Shown here: in pieces, positions 19,456 through 27,938 of the stretch
Numbering within the stretch: position 1 is the first letter of the stretch
Layout: each line of letters begins with the position of its first letter
Origin: Patescibacteria group bacterium
Lineage (GTDB): Bacteria > Patescibacteriota > Patescibacteriia > Magasanikbacterales > GWA2-37-8
Assembly (NCBI GenBank): GCA_041661385.1
Contig: JBAZUP010000001.1
Coordinates: forward strand, 354,560 to 418,559
DNA: 64,000 nucleotides
Reading direction: 5' to 3'
Made by a program: the position numbers and the translations under genes
The notes under the pieces: model-generated
Databases searched by the model: none
What the model was told of the DNA's origin: nothing
What the model saw: only the letters and a program-made list of their open reading frames with translations

Positions 19456-20832
19456 TTATCTCTTTTTAATAAATCTAAAGCGCCGTCTGTTTATGATATT
19501 TACATGAAAAGGACCACTGCGTGCTACCATTCGGCCTCGGTTTACAACGAAGCATTCAATCCAATGTTTCCCCGAATATGAAGCTTTTTCGTGATTTATT
19601 TTTTGATTCGAAGTCAACTTATTATAGAGATCTTTACCCTTAAAAAATCCACCTCTCAACCCATTATCTTGTTTTGCTTCTATCCCCGTGTTCACGACCT
19701 GCCAAAATATTTCAGAACCTGCCGGCTCATTTAAAGTGATGGCTTCATATTTAAAAGTATTTCCGTCAAATTGAACCGGTCCGTTTGAAGGAATTTCCAT
19801 TAATTTATATCCACTCGAAGTACATTTAATTTTTACTGAACAACCTACATTTGTGATTGGCCATTCTGGCACTTTAAGGTGTTGATAATCTCCAAGCGGA
19901 AACACTGTTTCAGATAGTTGCTTTTCCGCGTCCTTTACAGCAATCAAAAAATCATCGCCAAAAATTTCAGTCCATTTCTTAACTGAACTTTCAAAGTCCG
20001 GATCATCATATGCGTCACTGATCTTTTCGGTATATAATTTAAATTTATCTCTAAAATTTTCATACTTTTCTTGATCCCAATGCCTATTAAAATCTTCACT
20101 CGGGAGGCTTGGATTAACAATTGTAGGCATTACTGGATTTCGCTGTAAATAGTCATTAACACGGTTACAAATATTTTTTAACGTCGTTGGTACATCTGAA
20201 AATATAATAACTGGATCGCTAACATAAACATTTTGACCAAGAAGAGTAGTGAGCAAAATTGATTTTACATTCATTAATTTTGTATCACGAAGATACTTAA
20301 CAAGTCTAACAACTTTAACCAAATTATTTTGTGCAGCAGAATTCTTTGCTGAAAACCATTCCGCGTATCCATCAGCGTCAGTTATTTCGTATTGATTGGT
20401 ATTTTTATTCATGATCTTTTGATTGCCGGCATCATCAACACATGGGATAATATCCATATGAAAATCGGATTCATAATCCAAGGTCACGCAACGAGTTTTT
20501 CCCCGTTTATCAACAATATCTTTATATCTATCAGTTTTGAAAAACTCATCATGAAGAATTGCTAAATAGTCCTTCGGTTCCCATCCATTAACTTTTTTTA
20601 GCTGAAAAAGTAAATCAACATCAAAATCTTTATTATCCATGCATGGCTTTATGATCGTTCCCTGACGATATGACCCTTGAGGTTTTACTGAAATAAAATA
20701 TTTTTTAAAAATGTCATTATTTTTTAGAAATTTTTCTACTGTTTCTATCCCCGTTTTTGCAACATCAATCCTATTTTGATTAAGATTAACTGTATTCTGT
20801 AAAAATATTGAAAACTCGTTAACTAGATTCAT
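19456..20832 (-). CDS. cGAS/DncV-like (SMODS-type) nucleotidyltransferase with an extra C-terminal ~150-aa domain (AGS-C-like sensor domain)
   Basis: 458 aa. Minimal NTase signature GSYRQGTIIKPCMDNKDFDVDLLF (GS…[DE]h[DE]h) plus a third acidic residue in FHMDIIPCV. The C-terminal segment VPEWPITNVGCSVKIKC…HWIECFVVNRGRMVARSG lies beyond the NTase core. Confidence 0.7.
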   Translation of the reverse strand: MNLVNEFSIFLQNTVNLNQNRIDVAKTGIETVEKFLKNNDIFKKYFISVKPQGSYRQGTIIKPCMDNKDFDVDLLFQLKKVNGWEPKDYLAILHDEFFKTDRYKDIVDKRGKTRCVTLDYESDFHMDIIPCVDDAGNQKIMNKNTNQYEITDADGYAEWFSAKNSAAQNNLVKVVRLVKYLRDTKLMNVKSILLTTLLGQNVYVSDPVIIFSDVPTTLKNICNRVNDYLQRNPVMPTIVNPSLPSEDFNRHWDQEKYENFRDKFKLYTEKISDAYDDPDFESSVKKWTEIFGDDFLIAVKDAEKQLSETVFPLGDYQHLKVPEWPITNVGCSVKIKCTSSGYKLMEIPSNGPVQFDGNTFKYEAITLNEPAGSEIFWQVVNTGIEAKQDNGLRGGFFKGKDLYNKLTSNQKINHEKASYSGKHWIECFVVNRGRMVARSGPFHVNIINRRRFRFIKKR

Positions 20833-20833
20833 A

Positions 20834-22012
20834 TCATGAAGGATTAACTATAATGGTTTCTTCGTAATTTCCTTTATCATTCCTGTCGTAAATAATTAAG
20901 GAAGGCGTAACACCCTTTAGCAACTCCCTACCTATGTGAAAAGCTAAAGAAACCGGAACTGCTGCAAAGACATGCAGTTCTTTTGTACTAGGGTGGAGTT
21001 TCTCAATTTCTCTCAATAGCTGTGCGTATCGTACACGAAAAATTTCGGCAGATTTATTTGATCCAATTATACTCCTAGAACTATCTTCCCCAATGGGATT
21101 AAGCCTATAAATGGTAAAAGATTTACCGATGTTGGCTGGGAGAGCGTTTCGCGCTATTACGCCGCTCGCAGAAATGCAAAGTGCGATTTTATCCTTAGCA
21201 CCGATCTGCTCCACGGTGGATTTAAAATCTATGGAACCTTTTATGGATGGCCATTTCCAACTCTCAGACGAATCCCTGTGCTTTTGATATATATCAATTT
21301 TAATTTTATCGCCAATTTTATTGCCGAAATAAGCTATTAACGGAATCCTGGCGAGCGCAAAAACGGAGATATGCTTGACCGACCCATCTTCAATCGATGG
21401 AAAAATTTTGAGATCGACAACCTTATCAATAATTTTTTTTCCTTCATCCCAGTAATAAGAATCCTTTCCAGCAATTTTAGACAAGTCAATTTCTATACCG
21501 TTTTGTTTCCCAGCCATAAGGTACCGGGGATAACGATTACAAGCTAAAACCGCTTCTCGTATTTCACCATCTGAGACAGAAACTGTACCTCCTCTAATAT
21601 TACCAATTAATCGAATGACTGCTGTTTCCGATTCTGGTCCGAGCGAGGTTTGGTACAAAATCCTATCTTCATGAACTTTTTTATATTCCAAAAGGAGTTC
21701 AACCGGAAAATCTTTCGGAGATTTATCTATAATTTTATTATGATGTTCTGAACAGAGAAGCATCAAATTGCCTACTTTGTTTCTATCCGTGACAGGAAGA
21801 GAACAACTCCCTCGAGGCCCCTTCCGTGACCGTCCAACAACGTGCGCAACATCCCCCAAAAAAAGTTCATTTAATCCTGTAAACTCATCATCCAATAGGT
21901 ACTTATTGCACCCTAAAAATTCACATCTGCCACCCGCTCTAACCCACAGAGCTATTCTCACTGGATTGGATTGTGTTATTGAAGATGCTTTTTCTTCAGT
22001 AGTCTTCGGCAT
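20834..22012 (-). CDS. cap5: Cap5-type effector: HNH endonuclease fused to a SAVED cyclic-oligonucleotide sensor domain
   Basis: 392 aa. N-terminal HNH (GGRCEFLGCNKYL…HVVGRSRKGP…NLMLLCSEHHNKIID). C-terminal SAVED hallmark HVFAAVPVSLAFHIGRELL…IIYD. Confidence 0.75.
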   Translation of the reverse strand: MPKTTEEKASSITQSNPVRIALWVRAGGRCEFLGCNKYLLDDEFTGLNELFLGDVAHVVGRSRKGPRGSCSLPVTDRNKVGNLMLLCSEHHNKIIDKSPKDFPVELLLEYKKVHEDRILYQTSLGPESETAVIRLIGNIRGGTVSVSDGEIREAVLACNRYPRYLMAGKQNGIEIDLSKIAGKDSYYWDEGKKIIDKVVDLKIFPSIEDGSVKHISVFALARIPLIAYFGNKIGDKIKIDIYQKHRDSSESWKWPSIKGSIDFKSTVEQIGAKDKIALCISASGVIARNALPANIGKSFTIYRLNPIGEDSSRSIIGSNKSAEIFRVRYAQLLREIEKLHPSTKELHVFAAVPVSLAFHIGRELLKGVTPSLIIYDRNDKGNYEETIIVNPS

Positions 22013-22014
22013 AT

Positions 22015-22245
22015 TTAATGAACTTTATCCTTTGGCGGACAACTATCGTTGCCGAAACTGTCCTTATCTTTAATTAGACCATGTCGATTGTGATAAACGG
22101 CCTCAACCTCAGCTCTTTTTGCGAGAGTGTGAGTTTTGTCTTCAGCGGCCTCTTGAGTGCGATGAACCGAAACCGGCTTACTTACCCCTTCTTTTTTTAC
22201 AGCCCAGTCACCATCCCAGGGCACACTATGATAATTTTTTGCCAT
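22015..22245 (-). CDS. DUF2188-family small protein
   Basis: 76 aa. MAKNYHSVPWDGDWAVKKEGVSKP…HTLAKRAEVEAVYHNRHGLIKDKDSFGNDSCPPKDKVH matches the conserved DUF2188 pattern (W.VK.EG…H.TQ.EA…G.I.DKDSYGNDP.PP.D). Its stop abuts the cap5 start. Confidence 0.6.
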   Translation of the reverse strand: MAKNYHSVPWDGDWAVKKEGVSKPVSVHRTQEAAEDKTHTLAKRAEVEAVYHNRHGLIKDKDSFGNDSCPPKDKVH

Positions 22246-22259
22246 AAATAAATAATAAA

Positions 22260-22895
22260 TTATTTTTTAACAACTCTAACCACAACGCCATTAACAAAAT
22301 ATTTGCCATCCTCTACATCCTCTTCGTGGATCGTTATTGGCGGTGCGTCGTTATCCGTCTCAGAAATAAGTCTGATTTCATGCTTTGTATTGTCCTTAAA
22401 AAATTTCTTAATATTCGCGGCACCGTCAATTACCGACAAAACATAATTCCCGTTGCTGGGTTTTTGCTTGCATTCAACAACTACATAATCACCGGTTTCG
22501 ATTCCTTCTCCCTTAATGTTAGCGCCAGTCATAGAATCACCCACCGCTCTAACCGCAATGAGTCCGTCCGGCCGATATTGCCCAATTGATTTTTTAGAAA
22601 TTTTTAAATAGCCCTCAATATGAGTTTCGGCTAATTCTGTGGCTGGACCACAACTCGCTGATCCGACAATGGGAATATTAAAAAAGTTATCCACAGTATA
22701 CCCCTGGGGCTTTGCCACCCGCTGACGCTTATTGGAATCAAAATACAACAACCCCTTCTTCTTTAGCTGCTCTAGATTATATATGACGGACTGAGGATGT
22801 TTAACCCCGATTTCACGCATTATTTCCCTGAATTTCATATCAGAAATATCCTTTTTTTTGGCTAATTTTAGTAATTTTTCTTGTGTTTCGTTCAT
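22260..22895 (-). CDS. LexA-like repressor (winged-HTH + S24 autopeptidase domain)
   Basis: 211 aa. N-terminal wHTH (IMREIGVKHPQSVIYNLEQLKKKGLL). S24 catalytic Ser in AVGDSMTGANI and Lys in AANIKKF. First gene of the operon. Confidence 0.7.
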   Translation of the reverse strand: MNETQEKLLKLAKKKDISDMKFREIMREIGVKHPQSVIYNLEQLKKKGLLYFDSNKRQRVAKPQGYTVDNFFNIPIVGSASCGPATELAETHIEGYLKISKKSIGQYRPDGLIAVRAVGDSMTGANIKGEGIETGDYVVVECKQKPSNGNYVLSVIDGAANIKKFFKDNTKHEIRLISETDNDAPPITIHEEDVEDGKYFVNGVVVRVVKK

Positions 22896-22970
22896 AAACC
22901 TATATTTTATCGGTTTTTTAAATATAATGCCTGCTATAAATTCAGCGGGGCTGATACCCCATCGGTTATA

Positions 22971-22999
22971 GTATATTATAAATGATTTATAATGTCAAG
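22971..22999 (-). promoter_or_regulatory. Sigma70-like promoter for the lexA-like operon with a 17-bp palindromic operator in the spacer
   Basis: In minus orientation: TTGACA – ttataaatcatttataa (17 nt) – TATACT. The spacer is a perfect inverted repeat TTATAAAT c ATTTATAA (22977..22993). Confidence 0.45.
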
Positions 23000-23015
23000 A
23001 GATTTTTTAACACCC

Positions 23016-23044
23016 TTGACACCAATCAAAACCGAGCGTACAAT
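23016..23044 (+). promoter_or_regulatory. Divergent sigma70-like promoter for 23077..23553 (TTGACA-17-TACAAT)
   Basis: cTTGACAccaatcaaaaccgagcgTACAATc, about 30 nt upstream of the ATG at 23077. Confidence 0.45.
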
Positions 23045-23076
23045 CTTTATAAGCGCTAAAAACTAACAACACAACT

Positions 23077-23553
23077 ATGAAACTAGTAATTTCCCAAGCC
23101 AAACCAAACCCGACCGGCAAGGACCGTCCCCCGTTTGGATCAATCCTGCCGTTTCAGTTAGCGGCGGAATGGATTGATATTACCAACTCCGACAATGCAA
23201 GCATAAATCTTAATGGCCTTCAAATATATAATCTTTCCTATACGAACGGAACAGCACAATGGAGAATTGTTCGTGAATTTAATCTTGGCAACAAATGCAT
23301 GTTGCCACCGGGAAAAACTGTAAGACTGCACTCTGGAAAAGAAATATCAACAAATACAATGCGAACTGAAGATCAACTCGGCACCAACTACCATCTTTTC
23401 ACCGAATATAATAATTACATTTGGAACAATAAACAAATTGATAGGCCATGTATTTTTAACCCCTCCACAAAAGCAACATTAGACGTAACCCAATATAACC
23501 CGCCTGTCCCCGATGGAAAAATTTTAAAAAGATATGGAGACTTTCTTATTTAA
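23077..23553 (+). CDS. Lamin-tail-domain (LTD)-like protein
   Basis: 158 aa. LVISQAKPNPTGKDRPPF…AAEWIDITNSDNASINLNGLQIYN…KTVRLHSGK follows the LTD pattern (NP.G.D..EWIEL.N....v.L.G..L). Confidence 0.45.
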   Translation: MKLVISQAKPNPTGKDRPPFGSILPFQLAAEWIDITNSDNASINLNGLQIYNLSYTNGTAQWRIVREFNLGNKCMLPPGKTVRLHSGKEISTNTMRTEDQLGTNYHLFTEYNNYIWNNKQIDRPCIFNPSTKATLDVTQYNPPVPDGKILKRYGDFLI

Positions 23554-23654
23554 CTCTTAAATAATCGCTTGATGATTACAATTTACTTTTGGTAGAGCAA
23601 TCTAAGGAATAAAATGATTTTGATTGGTTTTTAGATACCGTGACTGGTATTCGT

Positions 23655-23720
23655 TGAAACGAGCGCTCGCCTTTCTACAACACCCTTGGTGTTTTAGTTG
23701 GGCGGGCGCTTTTTTTAAAG
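23655..23720 (+). terminator. Long-stem GC-rich terminator (gcgctcgcc…ggcgggcgc + T7)
   Basis: 9-bp GC stem with a ~39-nt loop, followed by ttttttt after the + gene 23077..23553. Shares the GGGCGGGCG motif with the element at 13985..14068. Confidence 0.4.
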
Positions 23721-23755
23721 GTCGAAAATATAATTAACTAAAAAATTTAATATAT

Positions 23756-25084
23756 ATGATTAATACAAAACTTAACATCGTGGAAGTTCCGGTCAACGAA
23801 CTTCGAGCGTCGGAATACAATCCACGCAAACATTCTAAAGAACAATCCGACCAGCTTAAGAAATCAATTGAGCGCTTCGGCCTCGTGGACCCAATCATTT
23901 GTAATAACGCACCGGAGCGAAAAAATATCATCGTTGGCGGCCACTTTAGAGCCGAAGTAGCCAAAGAGTTAGGCCTGACCACGGTACCTGTAGTGTATGT
24001 CTGTATTACAGAGATACAAAAGGAACAGGAGCTTTCAGTCCGTCTTAACAAAAATACCGGGGAGTTTGACCTTGATCTCCTAGCAGAATTTGACGAAGCC
24101 TTCCTAGCCGATGTCGGTTTTGATAGCGAAGAGATAGATGACATCTTTCCTACTGAGGTAAATACCGAGATGTTTGACTTGAAAAAGGAACTAGAAAAAT
24201 TAAATATCCAAGAAATTACCGTACAGAAAGGAGACACTTACGAATTGAACGGCTCTCGCCTCCGGTGTGGCGATTCAACAATTGAGGCGGATGTTATTAA
24301 ACTTATGAATGGCGAAAAGGCCGACATGTGCTTTACCGATCCACCATATATCCTTGATTACCTCAAAGGTAAAACAAAAAATAAGGATGGAGTGACCGTT
24401 GGCTTTGGCGCTAAAAAGAATCGTCGCTACCTTGAAACCGACGAACTGCCACCAGATTTTACGGAAAAATGGATAGCTAATATTAACAAGGTTGCCAAAG
24501 AGAGCTTTGCCATCATTGTTTATGAGAACTGGAAGAACCTTCGGATTATTTGGGGCGAGCTTGAGAAATATTGGAAAGTAAAAAATATGATTGTTTGGCA
24601 CGTCCCTAATCGGATGCAAGGATTTTCAGCTAAAAATAAATTCTTTAATAAACACGATATTGCCATGGTCGGGGCGTCGGAAGACAAAGCGCTTGAAGCA
24701 GAAGATGAAGGCGAACTGCTTGAAAATGAATATGAGACGGCGCTCTACGCCATTGCTGGCAAGCCACATTGGGAATCCTACGAAACCGGCAAAAAAATCT
24801 GCCCGACCGATTTTATAGATTATAAGGCGGCTGACGAAAAATCATCAGGACAAGGTGTAATCTTTGGAACCAAACCAACCGAAATCCTTATCCCCTACAT
24901 TAAAGTCCTTACCAAGCGAAACGATCTGATCGTTGAACCTTTCGGTGGTAGTGGTTCAACCCTAATTTCAGCGATTAAGATGAATCGCCGCTGTTATATC
25001 ATGGAAAAATCACCAGTTTACACCGAAGTCATTTTGAAACGCTGGGAAAAAGAAACTGGAGAAAGACCAAAGAAAATCAACTAA
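23756..25084 (+). CDS. ParB-like nuclease N-terminal domain fused to an N6-adenine/N4-cytosine DNA methyltransferase
   Basis: 442 aa. ParB/Srx motif (VNELRASEYNPRKH, IIVGGHFR). MTase motif IV TDPPY and motif I EPFGGSGST. Confidence 0.75.
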   Translation: MINTKLNIVEVPVNELRASEYNPRKHSKEQSDQLKKSIERFGLVDPIICNNAPERKNIIVGGHFRAEVAKELGLTTVPVVYVCITEIQKEQELSVRLNKNTGEFDLDLLAEFDEAFLADVGFDSEEIDDIFPTEVNTEMFDLKKELEKLNIQEITVQKGDTYELNGSRLRCGDSTIEADVIKLMNGEKADMCFTDPPYILDYLKGKTKNKDGVTVGFGAKKNRRYLETDELPPDFTEKWIANINKVAKESFAIIVYENWKNLRIIWGELEKYWKVKNMIVWHVPNRMQGFSAKNKFFNKHDIAMVGASEDKALEAEDEGELLENEYETALYAIAGKPHWESYETGKKICPTDFIDYKAADEKSSGQGVIFGTKPTEILIPYIKVLTKRNDLIVEPFGGSGSTLISAIKMNRRCYIMEKSPVYTEVILKRWEKETGERPKKIN

Positions 25085-25085
25085 T

Positions 25086-25670
25086 ATGATCGACGACAAG
25101 ACAAAACTAAACCTTCTAAAAGAAATCCAAAAAAACGGTAACGTTAGTTTGTCTTGCATTAGAATTAATATTGATCACGCAACCTATTATCGCTGGAAAA
25201 AAGAAGATAAAGAATTTCGTAAAAAAGCCAACGAGGCTGAAACTATCGGAAGAAAAAATAATTGTGACCTGGCGGAGCACGCTTTAATACTTCTGGTAAA
25301 GGAAAAAAAGATAGAAGCTGTCAAATATTTACTAAGCCACAATTCACCCAGGTACAAACCAAAAACAACGAACGCTGTAATACTACATAAATCTTTACCA
25401 AAATTAGAACCAGTACCGACAAGAACCCTGGAGGATCTGCTGGTCGAGGATGGTGAACAGCGCAGAGAAAGATGCGTTAGTATCCAGAATAAATTTCTCG
25501 CCTTAGGCGGTGTTCCACCTAAGGCTGATGGATCGCCAATTGAATTTCACGAACTAATTGATTATGAGATATATATTGAGGAGTGGTATAAGAAGAAAGA
25601 TATTGATGACGAAAAGAAAAATATACCGACTACTGAGTATCAAAAAATTTCACCATTAACAAACGGCTGA
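25086..25670 (+). CDS. Phage terminase small-subunit-like HTH protein
   Basis: 194 aa. N-terminal LKEIQKNGNVSLSCIRINIDHATYYRWKKEDKEFRKKANEA resembles the TerS/homeodomain-like HTH. Confidence 0.4.
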   Translation: MIDDKTKLNLLKEIQKNGNVSLSCIRINIDHATYYRWKKEDKEFRKKANEAETIGRKNNCDLAEHALILLVKEKKIEAVKYLLSHNSPRYKPKTTNAVILHKSLPKLEPVPTRTLEDLLVEDGEQRRERCVSIQNKFLALGGVPPKADGSPIEFHELIDYEIYIEEWYKKKDIDDEKKNIPTTEYQKISPLTNG

Positions 25671-25673
25671 AAT

Positions 25674-26381
25674 TTATTTATATACTTCAAGTGACCCACC
25701 AAAAGCCGTGACCTCAGCCACCTTTTCATTAGATTGTACATCGCGAATTTCAAGGTGTTTAAAACCAGTTATCTCCTCCTTCAGCATTGCTAGCTTTGCA
25801 AGAATATCTTTTTTGAAAGTAACTTTTTGGGAATACCAAGCAGGACCGACGTAAACGACGCTTGCTGTTTTGGAAAACTCATATGAATCAAAAAGGCCAG
25901 CTTGTTTACCTAGATTAATTAGTTCATCCAGCTCCTTCTGTGCCTCTTCCTTTGGACGGGCTGTCTGCACTGTTGTAACTGCTTCAGTTTTAACTTGACT
26001 ATCCTTATTAACTTGCTCAGGGGTTGTACTCACAACAATTTGTTTATCCTGAATTTTAACTAAGGATTCCGGTTCTTTTTTTACTTCAGGAGCAGCGACA
26101 CCAATCATAATCAGAGAAACAAAACCCAACAAGCCAAATATTAAGGTTAATTTTTTTCTATTTGGCTGTGATTTAAAAAATCTTGTAAACAAAGACGGCT
26201 TGGCAAGACCAATAAACCAAGCAATTATTGATCCAAAAAATATAAAACCAAATAACGTTTGCATACTTATTTTAATAATTAAATAAATAAAGCCGACCTT
26301 TAGATAAGCCGGCATGAAACACAAAACCCCACGCCAGCTGGGCTTTTTACGGCCCCATACACCTTTCGATGTATGACTCAA
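25674..26381 (-). CDS. Hypothetical membrane protein (true start possibly at 26264, Met40 MQTLFGF…)
   Basis: TM helices followed by a Thr/Lys-rich linker and a C-terminal soluble domain. The first ~39 codons overlap a terminator-like palindrome and are probably not coding. Confidence 0.4.
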   Translation of the reverse strand: MSHTSKGVWGRKKPSWRGVLCFMPAYLKVGFIYLIIKISMQTLFGFIFFGSIIAWFIGLAKPSLFTRFFKSQPNRKKLTLIFGLLGFVSLIMIGVAAPEVKKEPESLVKIQDKQIVVSTTPEQVNKDSQVKTEAVTTVQTARPKEEAQKELDELINLGKQAGLFDSYEFSKTASVVYVGPAWYSQKVTFKKDILAKLAMLKEEITGFKHLEIRDVQSNEKVAEVTAFGGSLEVYK

Positions 26382-26385
26382 CTAA

Positions 26386-26428
26386 GAATAGCTGAACGTG
26401 GAGTTCAGTGTCTTAGTTGAGTTTCGAA
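26386..26428. repeat. Long imperfect inverted repeat (actcaactaaga…tcttagttgagt) in the intergenic region 5' of the serine recombinase
   Basis: 12-bp arms plus 5-bp inner arms (ctgaac/gttcag). Candidate recombinase att core, operator or part of a structured RNA. Confidence 0.35.
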
Positions 26429-26639
26429 GCACCATGCCTAGAGGTTATCTGGGTTTAGGTACTTGGCCTTCCAGCCTGAATTGTCAATGACATTTTAGCT
26501 AAATTATAGCCAAATGTCCAGCACATAATAGCTTAGAATAGGTGCTTTGCGAAGCTTAGTTATCTACAGTTTGTCTACTAGGGGCTCTGGACTAACTAGC
26601 GGGGTCTGCGTCATTAATGTCTATGAGATAATATAATCT

Positions 26640-27932
26640 ATGGACCAAATCACAGCCCCTCCTACCCAATATTGCCTATACGCCCGTAAGTCGTCCGAAT
26701 CAGACGAAAAGCAGGCCCTTTCAATAGATTCCCAGATCAAAGAGATGACCAAACTAGCCGAACGGGATGGACTCTATATAAAGGAGATTAGGCGAGAAAG
26801 TCATTCGGCCAAGGCTTCGGGGCAAAGGCCGGTATATAACGAGTTGATTGAGGATATTAGGAAAGGGTTATTTACCGGTATTTTAACTTGGGCACCGGAT
26901 CGGCTGAGCAGAAACGCCGGCGATCTGGGGTCGTTAGTTGATCTAATCGACCAAAAACTACTTCACGAAATACGAACCTATGGTCAAAAATTTACCAATT
27001 CCCCTAACGAGAAATTTCTATTAATGATTCTGGGAAGTCAGGCAAAACTTGAAAATGATAACCGAGGCTTAAACGTAAAACGAGGTCTGAGAGCAAAAGT
27101 GGAGATGGGTCTGTGGCCTGGAGTGGCGCCAATCGGGTATTTGAATGAAAAACGAACGGATCGAAAATGCCACATTGTCATAGACCCTTTAAGAGCACCG
27201 ATTGTAAAAAAGATTTTTGAGAAAGCGGCAAATGATGGCTGGAGCGGTCGACAAATTCATGCTTGGTTAAAAAATGATTTAAACTTTAGATCAAAAAACA
27301 ATAAATATTTTGCCTTAAGCAATTTATACTTAATGCTTAGGAACACTTTTTACTACGGGTCACACGAATACCCAAAAGGGAGTGGCAATTGGTATACTGG
27401 GAATCACCAGCCTATTATTTCGAAAGAGCTTTTTGAGAAGGTTCAGGAAAGAATGTTGGATTATCAAGTCGGAAAAAGTAAAAGTAAAGAATTTGCCTTT
27501 ACCAAACTAATCACATGCGGACTATGTGGATCGGGTATTACCGCTGATGAAAAATTTAAAAAACAAAAAAATGGCACCATCCATCGCTACGTATATTATG
27601 GTTGTACAAAATACAAAGACTTAAATTGCAAATTAGGCTATATGAGAGAAGAAGATTTACTAAACCAAATACTTGAACTGATTGACAAAATTTCTCTGGA
27701 GGAGCTCGGGATGAAAGAAAAAATTGTAAAAGAAGTTGAACGGTATCATAAATTTCAATCGGGAGTTATGGGAATCAATCCTGAACAAAAAGAAAAACAA
27801 AAAAGGATTGATATTAAAAATTATGCCAAGTTTATTTTAAAAGAAGGGCAGGTGTTCGAAAAAAGAGATTTGTTGTCAAATTTAAAAAGCCATCTCACCC
27901 TTGAGAATAAATTATTAAACTTAAAAAATTAA
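26640..27932 (+). CDS. Large serine recombinase (integrase)
   Basis: 430 aa. Resolvase-type N-terminus with catalytic Ser (CLYARKSSESDEKQALSIDSQ). Recombinase domain and C-terminal zinc-ribbon/coiled-coil (CGLCGSGITADEK…YYGCTKY). Confidence 0.85.
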   Translation: MDQITAPPTQYCLYARKSSESDEKQALSIDSQIKEMTKLAERDGLYIKEIRRESHSAKASGQRPVYNELIEDIRKGLFTGILTWAPDRLSRNAGDLGSLVDLIDQKLLHEIRTYGQKFTNSPNEKFLLMILGSQAKLENDNRGLNVKRGLRAKVEMGLWPGVAPIGYLNEKRTDRKCHIVIDPLRAPIVKKIFEKAANDGWSGRQIHAWLKNDLNFRSKNNKYFALSNLYLMLRNTFYYGSHEYPKGSGNWYTGNHQPIISKELFEKVQERMLDYQVGKSKSKEFAFTKLITCGLCGSGITADEKFKKQKNGTIHRYVYYGCTKYKDLNCKLGYMREEDLLNQILELIDKISLEELGMKEKIVKEVERYHKFQSGVMGINPEQKEKQKRIDIKNYAKFILKEGQVFEKRDLLSNLKSHLTLENKLLNLKN

Positions 27933-27938
27933 TTTACT

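Larger units (their letters stand above)
23077..27932. mobile_element. Prophage/integrative-element remnant (LTD protein, ParB-MTase, TerS-like HTH, membrane protein, serine integrase)
   Basis: Cluster of phage/plasmid-type genes ending in a serine integrase. Boundaries and att sites not determinable from sequence alone. Confidence 0.35.

Noticed and set aside
23734-24237. 167-aa minus-strand ORF
   Set aside because: Antisense to the ParB-MTase gene. Ser-rich low-complexity translation.
26341-26640. RNase P RNA, tmRNA or SRP RNA in the gap before the integrase
   Set aside because: Only loose partial resemblances (AGTCCAGAGCCCCTAG vs P4 region; GGCTGGAAGGCC vs SRP GGAA tetraloop). Other hallmark motifs (GGAAAGTCCGG, ACAGAA.CCGGCTTA, tRNA-like end/tag ORF, AAGCAGCC) are missing.
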